A stretch of 32,000 nt of DNA from Rivularia sp. MS3 (GCA_019192545.1 JAHCMI010000078.1:10030-42029); one strand, 5' to 3'. Positions 1 through 9,402 are shown, counted from the first letter of the stretch. Program-made: numbers and translations. The notes: a model not told the origin generated them from the sequence alone.

Positions 1-35
1 CTCACTGCTCACTGCTCACTGTTAACTGTTAACTG
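1..35. repeat. STRR-like heptamer tandem repeat (CTCACTG x3, TTAACTG x2)
   Basis: Read directly: ctcactg ctcactg ctcactg ttaactg ttaactg. The last two units overlap the final codons and stop of the minus-strand pntA ORF. Confidence 0.8.
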
Positions 36-1182
36 TCAAAGCTTGTAAAGCATCTTTGACTCGTTGATTGCGAATTTCGCCGCTATGGGTGATGCAAGCA
101 GCATTGACAATATCGTCTTCAAAATCTAAATTCAAAGCGTTGTCTTTTGTCAATAATTTCATCAAGGAAACAAGATTTTTAGAATACAGTTGACTGGCGT
201 GAACTGGCACTGAAGATGGTAAGTTAACTGGGCCAATAATTGTTACGCCGTTTTTAACTACGTTGCCACCAGGCTCTGTATAAGCGGCATTACCGCCTTG
301 ATCTGCCGCTAAATCGACGATTACCGCACCGGGCTTCATTTCGGCAATCATTTCTTCTGTAACCAATCGAGGCGCTTTTCTACCCGGAACTTGAGCGGTT
401 GTAATTACTACATCAGCATTTTTTACCCTGTCGTTAACGGCTTCTTGAGTTTTCCTTTTGCTTTCTTCAGAAATCTCTTTAGCGTAACCTCCGGCTGTAG
501 CTGTTTCTTCCTCTAATTTAACTTCAACGAATTTCGCCCCTAAACTTTGTACTTCTTCTTTCACGGCAGGGCGAATATCAAAAGCTTCTACCATTGCTCC
601 CAAACGTCTTGCAGTAGCGATCGCCTGCAAACCAGCTACCCCCGCACCCATAACAAATACTTTTGCAGGAGCAATTGTACCGGCTGCTGTTGTCAGCATG
701 GGGAAATATTTTGGTAGTGCCTCGGCGGCGATTAAAACCGATTTATAACCGGCAATGGAAGCTTGAGAAGATAAAGCATCCATACTTTGCGCCCTGGTGC
801 TGCGAGGAATCATTTCCATACTGAAAGCAGTTACTTTGCGTTGCGCTAGCTGCTCGGCAACCGATGGATTTCCTAAAGGATTTAGAAATCCGATGAATAC
901 GCTTCCTTCTTTTAATAAATCAACTTCCGTGCCGCCATCTTCTCGTTGTTTTGGGGGACTGACTTTGAGCAGAATATCTGCTTCACCCCATAATTTTGCA
1001 GTATCAGAAATAACTGTTGCTCCTGCCGTTTCATAATCAGAATCATTAAATAATGCTTTTTCTCCAGCACCCGATTCTATCCATACTTCAAAGCCTTGTT
1101 TTACCAACTTTGAAACAACATCTGGAATTAATGCTACACGACGCTCGCTAGCTTCTATTTCTTTCGCAACTGCGATTCTCAT
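22..1182 (-). CDS. pntA: NAD(P) transhydrogenase subunit alpha part 1 (PntAA; alanine dehydrogenase/PNT family)
   Basis: 386-aa ORF. The N-terminus MRIAVAKE..ERRVALIPDVVSKLVKQGFEVWIESGAGE and the Rossmann motif VFVMGAGVAGLQAIATARRLGA are typical of PntA dI. The length fits the split alpha-1 subunit. Confidence 0.92.
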   Translation of the reverse strand: MRIAVAKEIEASERRVALIPDVVSKLVKQGFEVWIESGAGEKALFNDSDYETAGATVISDTAKLWGEADILLKVSPPKQREDGGTEVDLLKEGSVFIGFLNPLGNPSVAEQLAQRKVTAFSMEMIPRSTRAQSMDALSSQASIAGYKSVLIAAEALPKYFPMLTTAAGTIAPAKVFVMGAGVAGLQAIATARRLGAMVEAFDIRPAVKEEVQSLGAKFVEVKLEEETATAGGYAKEISEESKRKTQEAVNDRVKNADVVITTAQVPGRKAPRLVTEEMIAEMKPGAVIVDLAADQGGNAAYTEPGGNVVKNGVTIIGPVNLPSSVPVHASQLYSKNLVSLMKLLTKDNALNLDFEDDIVNAACITHSGEIRNQRVKDALQALTVNS

Positions 1183-2225
1183 GAATTCTCCTAATCGTTA
1201 GTTTGTTGTAGAAACAGTGTAAATATCTTTAAGTAGAGCGATAAACCCAATAGTAGCTTATCCACTGCGATTGCTTATTGTTGGCAACTAAGAGTCTTGG
1301 CAGTTAGAACAAGTAGGATTACATTTAGCGACGAAAACCGATAAAGCCTTTCTGTTTTGACCTTAGAAGGCTGATAATCAGACCTAATTATTGTTCATCC
1401 TAAGTCGATTCCCAAATTTTGCAGTCCTATCTTTAACTTTTTTTCGGGATTGAACAATAACAATTTTACTTGTTTGCCGATGAAAATTTTTAGTTTCCTG
1501 CACTAACGTCTATGATTGCTAAAAACTTCGATTACTTAATAATATTTTAATAATAATTTAAATATATTCTGGCACGCTTTCAATTTTCATCGCAAAAACA
1601 AGCAAATAAGTAGCAATCATGTTGTTAAATTAGTCCCGTCTCACAAAACTTGTCTTTCTGAAGATAGCGTAATTTTGTTGATAATTGCGAAGTTTAATAT
1701 TTCAATTTTTTTTACGAAATACTTCATTATCGAAACAGTTATACATATTTAGAAACACTATTAAATTTTCATCACATATTGATTATTCTTAAACTTTAGT
1801 TAACTCCGTATAAAAGAAAATTGTTTTTATTTTTAACTAATTAGTAAAAGTTTGTTTGCGTTTAAGATGATTTGCACAGTTAATATGCAAAATGTACTGT
1901 AGGTATTCATGCCTTCATATGAAATGGGACTTGGTTGGTGCGTCACACCACAAGTCTTATTATCAAATTTAAAATTCGTTTAAGTGTTACAGCGCCCTAC
2001 AATCTGACACTTGTAAAGATTTTAACGTCACAGGAAAGCTGGTGTCATCGCGGACAAACTGAAGACTACGATTACATGGTTTTGCCGAAAATGGGTACAA
2101 CCACTTATAAGACACTTTTTGTAAGCGAGTTACGTCCAGTATTTAGGATTCAGTAGTAAAGTTTAGTTACGAGCGTTAACTTCGTACTGCCTTCATACAT
2201 TAATTTTGCCAGAGGAGTGATTACT

Positions 2226-2750
2226 ATGCGACGTTTACTTTCTGCTGTAGCCGTAAGTGGCTTTTTGCTGGCAGGAATGCCAGCTATTACCACCGCACAA
2301 GGTTTGCCGGGATTAACTTTGTTTAGCGGCGTGAAAAGCGAAAATCAGCTATCATACCGATTAGACTTTGGCGGACAAACCCGCGACTGGGATAGATACC
2401 GCTTGAGAATTTCTGGTAAAAAATTAAAGATGGCGGTTGAAAAGTTTGTTATCGCTTACCCAGATTACTACGACGGAGAATTCGATACAGACGAAGTTGA
2501 AATCAAAGTAGGACGTGGTAAAGGTAAAAAAGTAGCCGTATCGGAAGTTAAATGGGATAAGGAAGGGAAAGTAATTGAAATTATTCCCAAAGAACCCGTT
2601 CCCGCAGGAAAGAGCGTCGAATTAATTTTATCAAATGTAGAAAACCCAGATTTTCCGGGAACCTTCTACTTTAATTGTTTAATTCAATCCCCTGGCGATA
2701 AAACAGCGCTAACCCGCTATGTCGGGACTTGGATTATCGGTATTAATTAA
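2226..2750 (+). CDS. DUF2808 domain-containing secreted protein (cyanobacterial family)
   Basis: The ORF track opens at GTG 2217. ATG 2226 sits 9 nt after AGAGGAG (2211-2217) and gives the signal peptide MRRLLSAVAVSGFLLAGMPAITTAQG. The motif LTLFSGVKSENQLSYRLDFGG...YRLRISGK matches DUF2808 proteins as I remember them. Confidence 0.78.
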   Translation: MRRLLSAVAVSGFLLAGMPAITTAQGLPGLTLFSGVKSENQLSYRLDFGGQTRDWDRYRLRISGKKLKMAVEKFVIAYPDYYDGEFDTDEVEIKVGRGKGKKVAVSEVKWDKEGKVIEIIPKEPVPAGKSVELILSNVENPDFPGTFYFNCLIQSPGDKTALTRYVGTWIIGIN

Positions 2751-2768
2751 AATTTGGGAGAGTAAGGT

Positions 2769-2803
2769 GTAGTTAGCAAGTAGGGAGTAGCAAGTATGGA
2801 GTA
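2769..2803. repeat. STRR-like heptamer/14-mer tandem repeat (xxxAGTA; GCAAGTAGGGAGTA / GCAAGTATGGAGTA)
   Basis: Read directly in the spacer between the DUF2808 gene and rpmH. Partly complementary to CTACCCACTCTCCCTACTC at 2821-2840, so it can form a long imperfect hairpin. Confidence 0.6.
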
Positions 2804-2864
2804 GTCAAAAGTTAATTTTTCTACCCACTCTCCCTACTCTTCCCCCTCCGATGACCAAAAAATA

Positions 2865-2893
2865 TTTACCTTTAATAAATTCAATGGTATAAT
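2865..2893 (+). promoter_or_regulatory. Putative sigma70-type promoter of the rpmH-rnpA operon
   Basis: TTTACC (2865-2870), a 17-nt spacer, then TATAAT (2888-2893), about 44 nt upstream of the rpmH ATG. Motif match only. Confidence 0.45.
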
Positions 2894-2936
2894 AACGGAT
2901 TGTAATTTTTTATTAAGTCGCCAGGAAGGAAAATTT

Positions 2937-3071
2937 ATGAAAAGGACGTTAGGCGGCACTTGCCGTAAGAGAAAAAGAACATCTGGGTTTCGTGCGAGAA
3001 TGCGGACTCCGGATGGTAGAAACGTGATTCGAGCTAGAAGAAAGAAAGGTCGTCATCGTTTAAGTGTTTAA
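2937..3071 (+). CDS. rpmH: 50S ribosomal protein L34
   Basis: Absent from the ORF track because it is under 60 aa. My translation is [44 protein letters not shown], the canonical L34 sequence, and it lies immediately upstream of rnpA as in most bacteria. Confidence 0.95.
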   Translation: MKRTLGGTCRKRKRTSGFRARMRTPDGRNVIRARRKKGRHRLSV

Positions 3072-3100
3072 GAGGCATATGCGTAGCGTGTAGCGAGTAT

Positions 3101-3529
3101 TTGACATTGGCCTTGCCGTCTGCAAATCGACTGAAGTCCCGACACGATTTTAGGGCAGTTTTCCGAGAAGGATTTCGCTGTCACGGTTCGTACATGACTC
3201 TTAGAGCATTAAAACCGCGTGATAGTAAGCAACCTTCTTCGGATAATGCCGGTGAAGGCGATCGAGAACAAAAGCCAACAAGTGTTACTCCGCCGCGAAT
3301 TGGTATATCTATTAGCACCAAAGTTAGCAAAAAAGCTGTAGTTCGCAATCGATTGAAACGGCAAATTGCAGCTGCTTTATATGAATTATTACCTAAAATA
3401 GCCCCAGAATGGCGATTAGTGGTAGTTGTAAAACCAACAGCCGCACAACAAGAGTGCGGAAGCAAGCAATTTCTGCAAGAATTAAAGCAGTTGTTGGTAA
3501 AAGCCGAGGTCATTAATGGGCATTCGTGA
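3101..3529 (+). CDS. rnpA: Ribonuclease P protein component
   Basis: TTG start. The RLKSRHDFRAVFREG motif and the later VVRNRLKRQI (RNR-box-like) motif fit RnpA, as does synteny directly after rpmH. It carries a charged insertion (KPRDSKQPSSDNAGEGDREQKP). Confidence 0.9.
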   Translation: MTLALPSANRLKSRHDFRAVFREGFRCHGSYMTLRALKPRDSKQPSSDNAGEGDREQKPTSVTPPRIGISISTKVSKKAVVRNRLKRQIAAALYELLPKIAPEWRLVVVVKPTAAQQECGSKQFLQELKQLLVKAEVINGHS

Positions 3530-3908
3530 AGAAGTTTACTATGAAGGTGGTCCTCATATTGGGGATTTGATTATCGGTATACTGATTGGTCTTACTATTG
3601 TTGGTTTACCTTTAGCCGTTGGTGCTTTTGTAAGGGCGCTGTGGCTGCGTTACCGTATCACCGATAGACGTATATCTGTAACTGGTGGTTGGATGGGACG
3701 CGATCGTTCGGACATAATTTACTCGGAGATAGTAAAGATAGCTAAGGTTCCCCGTGGTATTGGCTTATGGGGTGATATGGTATTAACCCTTAGAGATGGT
3801 AGTCGTTTAGAATTAAGAGCGGTTCCTAAGTTCCGGGAAACTTACAACTATATTTCTGAGCAGGTAGCTGCAAGAAATCCCAAATTTGCGGATGCTGCGA
3901 AACAGTAA
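3516..3908 (+). CDS. PH domain-containing membrane protein (bPH_2 / YdbS-like)
   Basis: 130 aa. Overlaps the rnpA 3' end by 14 nt. One hydrophobic hairpin (LIIGILIGLTIVGLPLAVGAFV) is followed by the RYRITDRRISV...I motif typical of bacterial PH domains. The position between rnpA and yidC is conserved in cyanobacteria. Confidence 0.78.
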   Translation: MGIREEVYYEGGPHIGDLIIGILIGLTIVGLPLAVGAFVRALWLRYRITDRRISVTGGWMGRDRSDIIYSEIVKIAKVPRGIGLWGDMVLTLRDGSRLELRAVPKFRETYNYISEQVAARNPKFADAAKQ

Positions 3909-4161
3909 GTTATCGCATGGTACTTGCTTTAATAGCAGATTTTTTATCAAAATGAATCAATTCAAAATACAAAATGCAAATTTCAAAATAATTTTTAATT
4001 TTTAGTTTTGAATTGGTGCTATCTCCATCTATTTCACCGATTCCACTATCGGTATTTGAAAAATGTGCGGCTATCCGTAGGATAGCTAGTCGCATTTTTA
4101 ATGGGGATTTCGATAAATTAGATTCAGTCAATTTAGTGTCTATAGGGTTGAATTCAAAATA

Positions 4162-5316
4162 ATGGACTTTGGTATTGGGTTCCTCTCGAACAATGTAATG
4201 CTGCCAATCATAGACTTGTTCTATAGCATTGTACCGAGCTATGGATTGGCGATAATTGCTCTAACATTGATCATCCGCTTCTCACTTTATCCTCTGAGTG
4301 CTGGCTCAATACGCAATATGCGGAAGATGAAGATTGTCCAGCCGGTGATGCAGAAGCGGATGGCGGAAGTCAAAGAAAAATATAAAGACGATCCGCAGAA
4401 GCAGCAAGAAGAAATGATGAACGTGCAAAAGGAATTCGGCAATCCGCTTGCTGGTTGCGCTCCTTTAATTTTGCAAATGCCGGTGTTGCTGGCACTTTTT
4501 GCGACATTACGGGGTTCGCCTTTTGCAACTGCGAACTACAACGTTAACCTACAAATTTTACCTAGCGAACAAATCGAACGAATTCAACCGGCTGCGTTTG
4601 CGACAAAACCTTCAAGCATTTATGTTGATGAAGGCGAACGCATTAAAGTCGCTGCGATTCTTCCCGGAGGAAACAAGTTAGCTGTAGGAGAACACACCAA
4701 GCTGCAATATCAAACGGTTGATGGTAAGCCGTTTGAAGAAATATTGCAGCAGCATCCAGATAATAAAGACAAGTTACTTCCGCAGTGGAAGGTAACTAAA
4801 GGAGCCGAAAGAGTCAGTATTGATTCCGAAGGAAATATAGAAGCGCTACAGCCGGGAGATGTTACTATCCAGGGGAATATTCCCGGATTGGCAGCAGACA
4901 CCGGATTTTTGTTTATTGACGCTTTGGGTAGAGTAGGCGCATTTGATGACGATGGTACAATCCATTGGGATATTGTCTCAATGATTGGATTATTCGGCGT
5001 TTCGCTTTATGTAAGCCAATTACTTAACACGCAGGGCAATGCAGGTGGAGGCAATTCACAGCAGGATACAGTAAATAAAATTACTCCTATTCTATTTTCC
5101 GGGATGTTTTTATTCTTCCCCTTACCTGCTGGGGTATTGATGTATATGGTAATTGGTAACATTTTCCAAACTCTGCAAACCTACATCCTTTCCAAGGAAC
5201 CTTTACCCGAAGAAGTGCAAAAGATTGTGGATGCACAGGAAAAAGAAGCTTTGAGCGCAGATGCAAAAGCGCTACCGTTTGAACCAAAAAGTACTAAAAA
5301 GAAAGCAACAAGCTGA
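4162..5316 (+). CDS. yidC: Membrane protein insertase YidC (Oxa1/Alb3 family)
   Basis: 384 aa. Family-typical motifs: [65 protein letters not shown], and the C-terminal [23 protein letters not shown]. Confidence 0.93.
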   Translation: MDFGIGFLSNNVMLPIIDLFYSIVPSYGLAIIALTLIIRFSLYPLSAGSIRNMRKMKIVQPVMQKRMAEVKEKYKDDPQKQQEEMMNVQKEFGNPLAGCAPLILQMPVLLALFATLRGSPFATANYNVNLQILPSEQIERIQPAAFATKPSSIYVDEGERIKVAAILPGGNKLAVGEHTKLQYQTVDGKPFEEILQQHPDNKDKLLPQWKVTKGAERVSIDSEGNIEALQPGDVTIQGNIPGLAADTGFLFIDALGRVGAFDDDGTIHWDIVSMIGLFGVSLYVSQLLNTQGNAGGGNSQQDTVNKITPILFSGMFLFFPLPAGVLMYMVIGNIFQTLQTYILSKEPLPEEVQKIVDAQEKEALSADAKALPFEPKSTKKKATS

Positions 5317-5831
5317 TGATGAGCGATACTCGGATGCAACGTGGCGAGCAGTGGTTAAAAGAACTGCTGCAATTATCTGGGTTCTCTGTGGAGATTAAAG
5401 GCGATAAAGAGGAAAGTACCTTGGGAGAGAGAGATCCACTTTCTCTTAACAGCTATTGGTTGACAATTGAGGAATCCAATTTAACCGAAAATCAAATCCA
5501 AGTTTTGATTGGACGCGATGGTAAAGCGCTAGATGCAATGCAGTATCTAGCAAATTCGATTCTTAATTTAAATCAAGAATCAAACGAGCAAGCCTCCTAT
5601 ACAGTAGAATTAAACGGCTATCGCGTTCGCAGGTTAGCCGAAATTCGCAACATGATAGAAGAAGTAGTTGATAGAGTCCGCAATACCGGACAACAAGTAG
5701 AGGTAAAATCCCTTAGTTCCGCCGAACGTCGTCAAGTCCACACTTTATTAAAGGGCTTTGAAGATTTAGAAAGCTTCAGCCAAGGAAAAGAACCACATCG
5801 CCATCTGGTTGTACGTCCTTTCTCATGGTAA
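5316..5831 (+). CDS. jag: Jag/KhpB-like RNA-binding protein (Jag_N + KH + R3H)
   Basis: TGATG overlap with the yidC stop. The C-terminal R3H-like segment LSSAERRQVHTLL fits, as does the classical yidC-jag synteny. Confidence 0.85.
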   Translation: MMSDTRMQRGEQWLKELLQLSGFSVEIKGDKEESTLGERDPLSLNSYWLTIEESNLTENQIQVLIGRDGKALDAMQYLANSILNLNQESNEQASYTVELNGYRVRRLAEIRNMIEEVVDRVRNTGQQVEVKSLSSAERRQVHTLLKGFEDLESFSQGKEPHRHLVVRPFSW

Positions 5832-5907
5832 GTAAGGTTTGAGGTTTGGGATATATATTCCCAAGCCTTCTTTCCAAAAGCATTATTTTAAATCAACGGT
5901 GAATAGT

Positions 5908-6411
5908 ATGGACGCAATTTATATTCCCCAACTTGCTCAAGCGTCAAAACCGATAGAAGAAATAGCAGTAAAAGAATTCTTACCCGGATTAGAAACTTTA
6001 ACACCAGTTCGCGGCAATCTTCGCGTGGAACATCGCGGTAATTTCTTAGAAGTAGCCGCACAAGCTGAAGCAATCATGACTTTAACCTGCAACCGTTGCT
6101 TGCAGCAGTACAATCATCGGGTTCTGCTTGATACTTCAGAAATCATTTGGTTGGAAGAAAATGCTCAGGAAGAAGAAGAATTTCTTGCTGAAAGAGAAGT
6201 AGCAATAGAAGATTTGGTAGAAACTTTATCCCCATATGGATACTTTCATCCCAGCACTTGGTTATACGAACAAATGTGTTTGGAAATTCCCCAACGTCAG
6301 TTATGCGACAAAGATTGTCCGGGAATTGAGCAGAATCGAGATGCTAAAGCAGAAGATAAGCCAATTGATAGCCGTTGGGCTTCTTTACAATCTTTAAGAA
6401 AGCAATTGTAA
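5908..6411 (+). CDS. YceD/DUF177 family protein
   Basis: Paired cysteine motifs LTCNRCL and LCDKDCPG are typical of DUF177. I prefer ATG 5908 (MDAIYIPQL) over the track's start at 5839, which lies only 8 nt after the jag stop. Confidence 0.82.
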   Translation: MDAIYIPQLAQASKPIEEIAVKEFLPGLETLTPVRGNLRVEHRGNFLEVAAQAEAIMTLTCNRCLQQYNHRVLLDTSEIIWLEENAQEEEEFLAEREVAIEDLVETLSPYGYFHPSTWLYEQMCLEIPQRQLCDKDCPGIEQNRDAKAEDKPIDSRWASLQSLRKQL

Positions 6412-6444
6412 TCAAGAATATGAATTCTAAATTGCTGCTTTTAG

Positions 6445-6478
6445 AAACCCGGTTTTTTGAACAAACCGGGTTTTTTAA
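6445..6478 (+). terminator. Rho-independent terminator after the DUF177 gene
   Basis: AAACCCGGTTT (6445-6455) pairs with AAACCGGGTTT (6463-6473) across a 7-nt loop and is followed by a T run. It lies 34 nt after the stop at 6411. Confidence 0.75.
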
Positions 6479-6669
6479 TGGATATGACGCTATGTGAAGG
6501 TTAAAGGTTAAAGGTGTATTTAATCTCAAATCTTGCAACAGTGGCTCTATTCCCGGTTTCTTTCTGATTTCACAACCACATACGGAATGTCACGACAAGA
6601 AACCGGGTTTCTTTTGGCTTAATAAGAATGGTGCAAGATGTCAGTTTAATTAAAATTCAATTCGCTATA

Positions 6670-7224
6670 TTAATTAATTTCGGTGGTTAATTCGTATGAA
6701 GCATTACCGCGAGTTCCGCCGACTACAATTTTATAATCTCCTTTTTGAGGAAGTTTTCCGCTCCAACTTTTTGCTTCTTGTTGCAATATTTTACCGTTGG
6801 GAGAAATCACGTCGAATACAGCGTTATCTTCTAAAGATGTTATATTCACATTCATTTGCTGCCCTTTGTTTGCATTCAGTAGATAAATATCCCGAGTTCC
6901 TCTAACAACGGAATCTTTAACAGTTTTAGAACTAGTACCTGTATCAAAGTTTATTCTTATTGTTCTGTTACCAGGATTATCTTCGTAGGTAGCAGAATCA
7001 TTTGCTCGATCTAAACCTGCTTTTGCTGTTTCTGGTGTAGATACAGGAACTTCCGGAGTTTCCGCAGTTGTGGAAGGTGGTTGAGCAACTTGAGTTTCCG
7101 GGGTTTTCTGGCTTGTAGTTTCTACTGGGGCTAGCGTTTCGGTATTAGCATTATCTTGTCCGCAACCTGTTAAGTTAAATAATGCAATTATTATTGCTCC
7201 AGAAAATAATAGTTGATTTTTCAT
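6670..7224 (-). CDS. Lipoprotein with a Pro/Thr/Glu-rich linker and a C-terminal beta-rich (PPC-like) domain
   Basis: Lipobox in MKNQLLFSGAIIIALFNLTG|C. Low-complexity linker TPETQVAQPPSTTAETPEVPVSTPE. The roughly 110-aa C-terminal domain (RDIYLLNANKGQQMNVNI...GDYKIVVGG) has no function I can assign. Confidence 0.6.
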   Translation of the reverse strand: MKNQLLFSGAIIIALFNLTGCGQDNANTETLAPVETTSQKTPETQVAQPPSTTAETPEVPVSTPETAKAGLDRANDSATYEDNPGNRTIRINFDTGTSSKTVKDSVVRGTRDIYLLNANKGQQMNVNITSLEDNAVFDVISPNGKILQQEAKSWSGKLPQKGDYKIVVGGTRGNASYELTTEIN

Positions 7225-7469
7225 TTTTGATAGTTTAACTTGAATTAATTAATAAATAATAAAACAAGCTGAATTTAGATATTCCGTACAATATTCAAGA
7301 TAATCGGGAAAATACATTTTATTAAAAATTACAAGCATACTAATAATTTAATGTAGCTGAATTTAATTAAATTTAATGTAGGATTATATATTGAATATAG
7401 GACTCCTCCGCAGATTTCTGTTAGCGAAGCGTGTCCGGAGGACATAAAAGTCTCAGTTTATTTTATGTA

Positions 7470-7495
7470 CCCTATTCCCTATTCCCTATTCCCTT
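7470..7495. repeat. STRR-like heptamer tandem repeat (CCCTATT x3 plus a partial unit)
   Basis: Read directly, upstream of the Ap4A phosphorylase gene. Confidence 0.8.
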
Positions 7496-7562
7496 GCTCA
7501 ACGAATTATTTCAATATTCAAACCGGATTCCTATATATTCATTTGATTAGATTAATAAAAAT

Positions 7563-8495
7563 ATGTCAAACACTCAATCAGCGAACCAAGAAATATTATT
7601 TAAACCCGGTACGCTATGGACGAGAATTCAAGAACAAACTCAACACGGACTTGAATGTGGTGCTTTACAGTCGATAGCTACCGATTATGAATTTGTAGAA
7701 CAGAATGGAGTGAATTTTTTAGTTAGAATTTTATCTAATCTTACTCGCAAAGACGAAGCAAAAAAGAAGCAGGATAAAGCTGCTAAAAAAGGTAAAGATT
7801 TCAATCCTTTTTTACCTTATGAAGAAGATTTATTTGTCAGCAATATTTCTCCAACGCATTTATGTTTGTTGAATAAATTTAATGTTGTCGATAATCATCT
7901 GTTAATTGTAACTCGCGAATTTGAAGCACAAGAAAATTTGCTCAACTATCAAGATTTTCAAGCAATGTGGGCTTGTATGGCTGAAATTGACGGTTTAGCA
8001 TTTTATAACGGTGGAAAAATTGCTGGTGCTTCTCAACGACACAAGCATTTACAGCTTGTTCCGACTCCGCTTGCACCGAATCAAACAGAATCCATTCCCA
8101 TTGCACCTTTGTTTGCATCTGCTGTATTTGAGGGTGATATAGGAATAATTCCAGATTTACCTTTTGTTCACGGTTTTTGTCGGTTTGATGCTAATTTAAT
8201 TGATTCAATTAATGATGCTGCTCAAACGACTTTAGAACTTTACTATAAAACACTTCAAGCTGTTGGTTTATTGAATCAAAATACAGAGAATAATGATTCT
8301 ATCGCTTACAACTTATTAGCTACTAGAGAATGGATGTTTATTGTACCGCGATCGCAAGAACATTTTGAGTCAATTTCTGTTAACTCTTTGGGGTTTGCTG
8401 GTGGTTTATTAGTGAGAAATCAAGAGCAAATGCAAATGTTGAAGGATTGTAATCCGATGGAGGTTTTGAAACGGGTTGGAGTTAGTAATGGTTGA
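7563..8495 (+). CDS. ATP adenylyltransferase / Ap4A phosphorylase II-like (GalT-branch HIT superfamily)
   Basis: 310 aa. The HKHLQLVP (HxHxQ) motif, LNKFNVVDNHLLIVTREFE and FNPFLPYEEDLFV match cyanobacterial Apa2-like proteins as I remember them. Confidence 0.82.
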   Translation: MSNTQSANQEILFKPGTLWTRIQEQTQHGLECGALQSIATDYEFVEQNGVNFLVRILSNLTRKDEAKKKQDKAAKKGKDFNPFLPYEEDLFVSNISPTHLCLLNKFNVVDNHLLIVTREFEAQENLLNYQDFQAMWACMAEIDGLAFYNGGKIAGASQRHKHLQLVPTPLAPNQTESIPIAPLFASAVFEGDIGIIPDLPFVHGFCRFDANLIDSINDAAQTTLELYYKTLQAVGLLNQNTENNDSIAYNLLATREWMFIVPRSQEHFESISVNSLGFAGGLLVRNQEQMQMLKDCNPMEVLKRVGVSNG

Positions 8496-8601
8496 GAATT
8501 CCCTCAGACTATAAGTCTGGGGCTAGATAAACAAAGCCCACCTGCGTGGGCTAATCATATGCATCTTTGGATAAAAAATGGTATGAAATAAGAACAAATT
8601 T

Positions 8602-9402
8602 ATGATAAAACCAGAAAATATAGAATTAGTTACTCAGTTAGAAGAAGCTATAACTGGTTTAAATAAACATGGATGGGATTTTCCTTTTGGAACATTACTG
8701 TGGGAAATAGATAAGCAAGGAGAGTTTAGTATTGAAAAATTATTTGATTTTGAAGTTATTCCAGAAAATAAAATAGGGTTTGGGCATCAACAATACCTTG
8801 AGCCATTATTAAATCTACTACATAGAAATTTAATCGAATTTACTATATATAATTTCAGCTTTAGCACTCCAGATGCATCTAAAGTAGGCTTCCAAGAGTC
8901 TTTGATTACTGAAACTAACCATCCACCAATTTTTACAATTGATTTTGAGGATTTAATTATTGGTAAAATACAAGATAATTGCTGGATAGGGATTATAAAA
9001 ACTCCTAACATTCCAATTGTATATGTATCAAAAAAACAGCCGTTTTATAATGTCAGAGGTTCTTTGCTTCAAGAAGATAAAATAGAATTATTAACTGAAT
9101 TAGAAAATATTTTTTCAGTAAGATATAGTAATTATTTGTTTGAAATTAGTGCTTCTAGTGAGGGTGTTTTAGAAATAATATTTGATAAGACACAAATTGT
9201 TTGTTCTCAAGGATTCGATGCTTTTGAACAACGGTTAAAACATGAAATTGAATTTAACAAAGAACCTACTCAAAATCTTTCTGAAGTGTTACACAACAAT
9301 TTAATTCAAGTTAGAGAATACAAGGTATGTAACTATTATGCTTATTTTATTGGACAAACACATTGGGGAGATTGGGCTGGTGTTTGGACACAAGAATTTT
9401 AA
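8602..9402 (+). CDS. Tandem NuiA-like (nuclease A inhibitor-like) two-domain protein; the functional call is tentative
   Basis: 266 aa. Both halves show the pattern I remember from Anabaena NuiA. The N-terminal helix plus PF..LWE appears as IELVTQLEEAITGL..DFPFGTLLWE. The C-terminal NL...Y......IG.....G..AG..T appears twice, as NLIEFTIYNF...LIIGKIQDNCWIGIIKT and NLIQVREYKVCNYYAYFIGQTHWGDWAGVWTQ. Confidence 0.5.
   Translation: MIKPENIELVTQLEEAITGLNKHGWDFPFGTLLWEIDKQGEFSIEKLFDFEVIPENKIGFGHQQYLEPLLNLLHRNLIEFTIYNFSFSTPDASKVGFQESLITETNHPPIFTIDFEDLIIGKIQDNCWIGIIKTPNIPIVYVSKKQPFYNVRGSLLQEDKIELLTELENIFSVRYSNYLFEISASSEGVLEIIFDKTQIVCSQGFDAFEQRLKHEIEFNKEPTQNLSEVLHNNLIQVREYKVCNYYAYFIGQTHWGDWAGVWTQEF

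Noticed and set aside
797-1036. Antisense or alternate-frame ORFs lying inside strong genes: 797-1036, 3181-3513, 4499-4681, 4710-4901, 5087-5287, 5888-6073, 6696-6905, 8787-9011, 12908-13126, 13123-13497, 13986-14201, 14180-14374, 20604-20837, 20609-20791, 20943-21149, 21224-21454, 22622-22822, 26767-26949, 27236-27460, 30410-30601
   Set aside because: Each is fully embedded in, or opposite to, a CDS with clear family motifs. Their translations are low-complexity or Cys/Arg/Ser-rich shadow-ORF sequence with no start context.
1935-2156. 73-aa ORF in the pntA/DUF2808 spacer
   Set aside because: It has no SD, begins inside a palindromic repeat (GGTGCGTCACACC), and its composition does not look protein-like.
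3910-4131. 73-aa minus-strand ORF between the PH-domain gene and yidC
   Set aside because: It lies in the AT-rich yidC leader, which contains inverted repeats (CAATTCAAAA/TTTTGAATTG, GCTATCC-GTA-GGATAGC). The region is more plausibly UTR structure than a gene.
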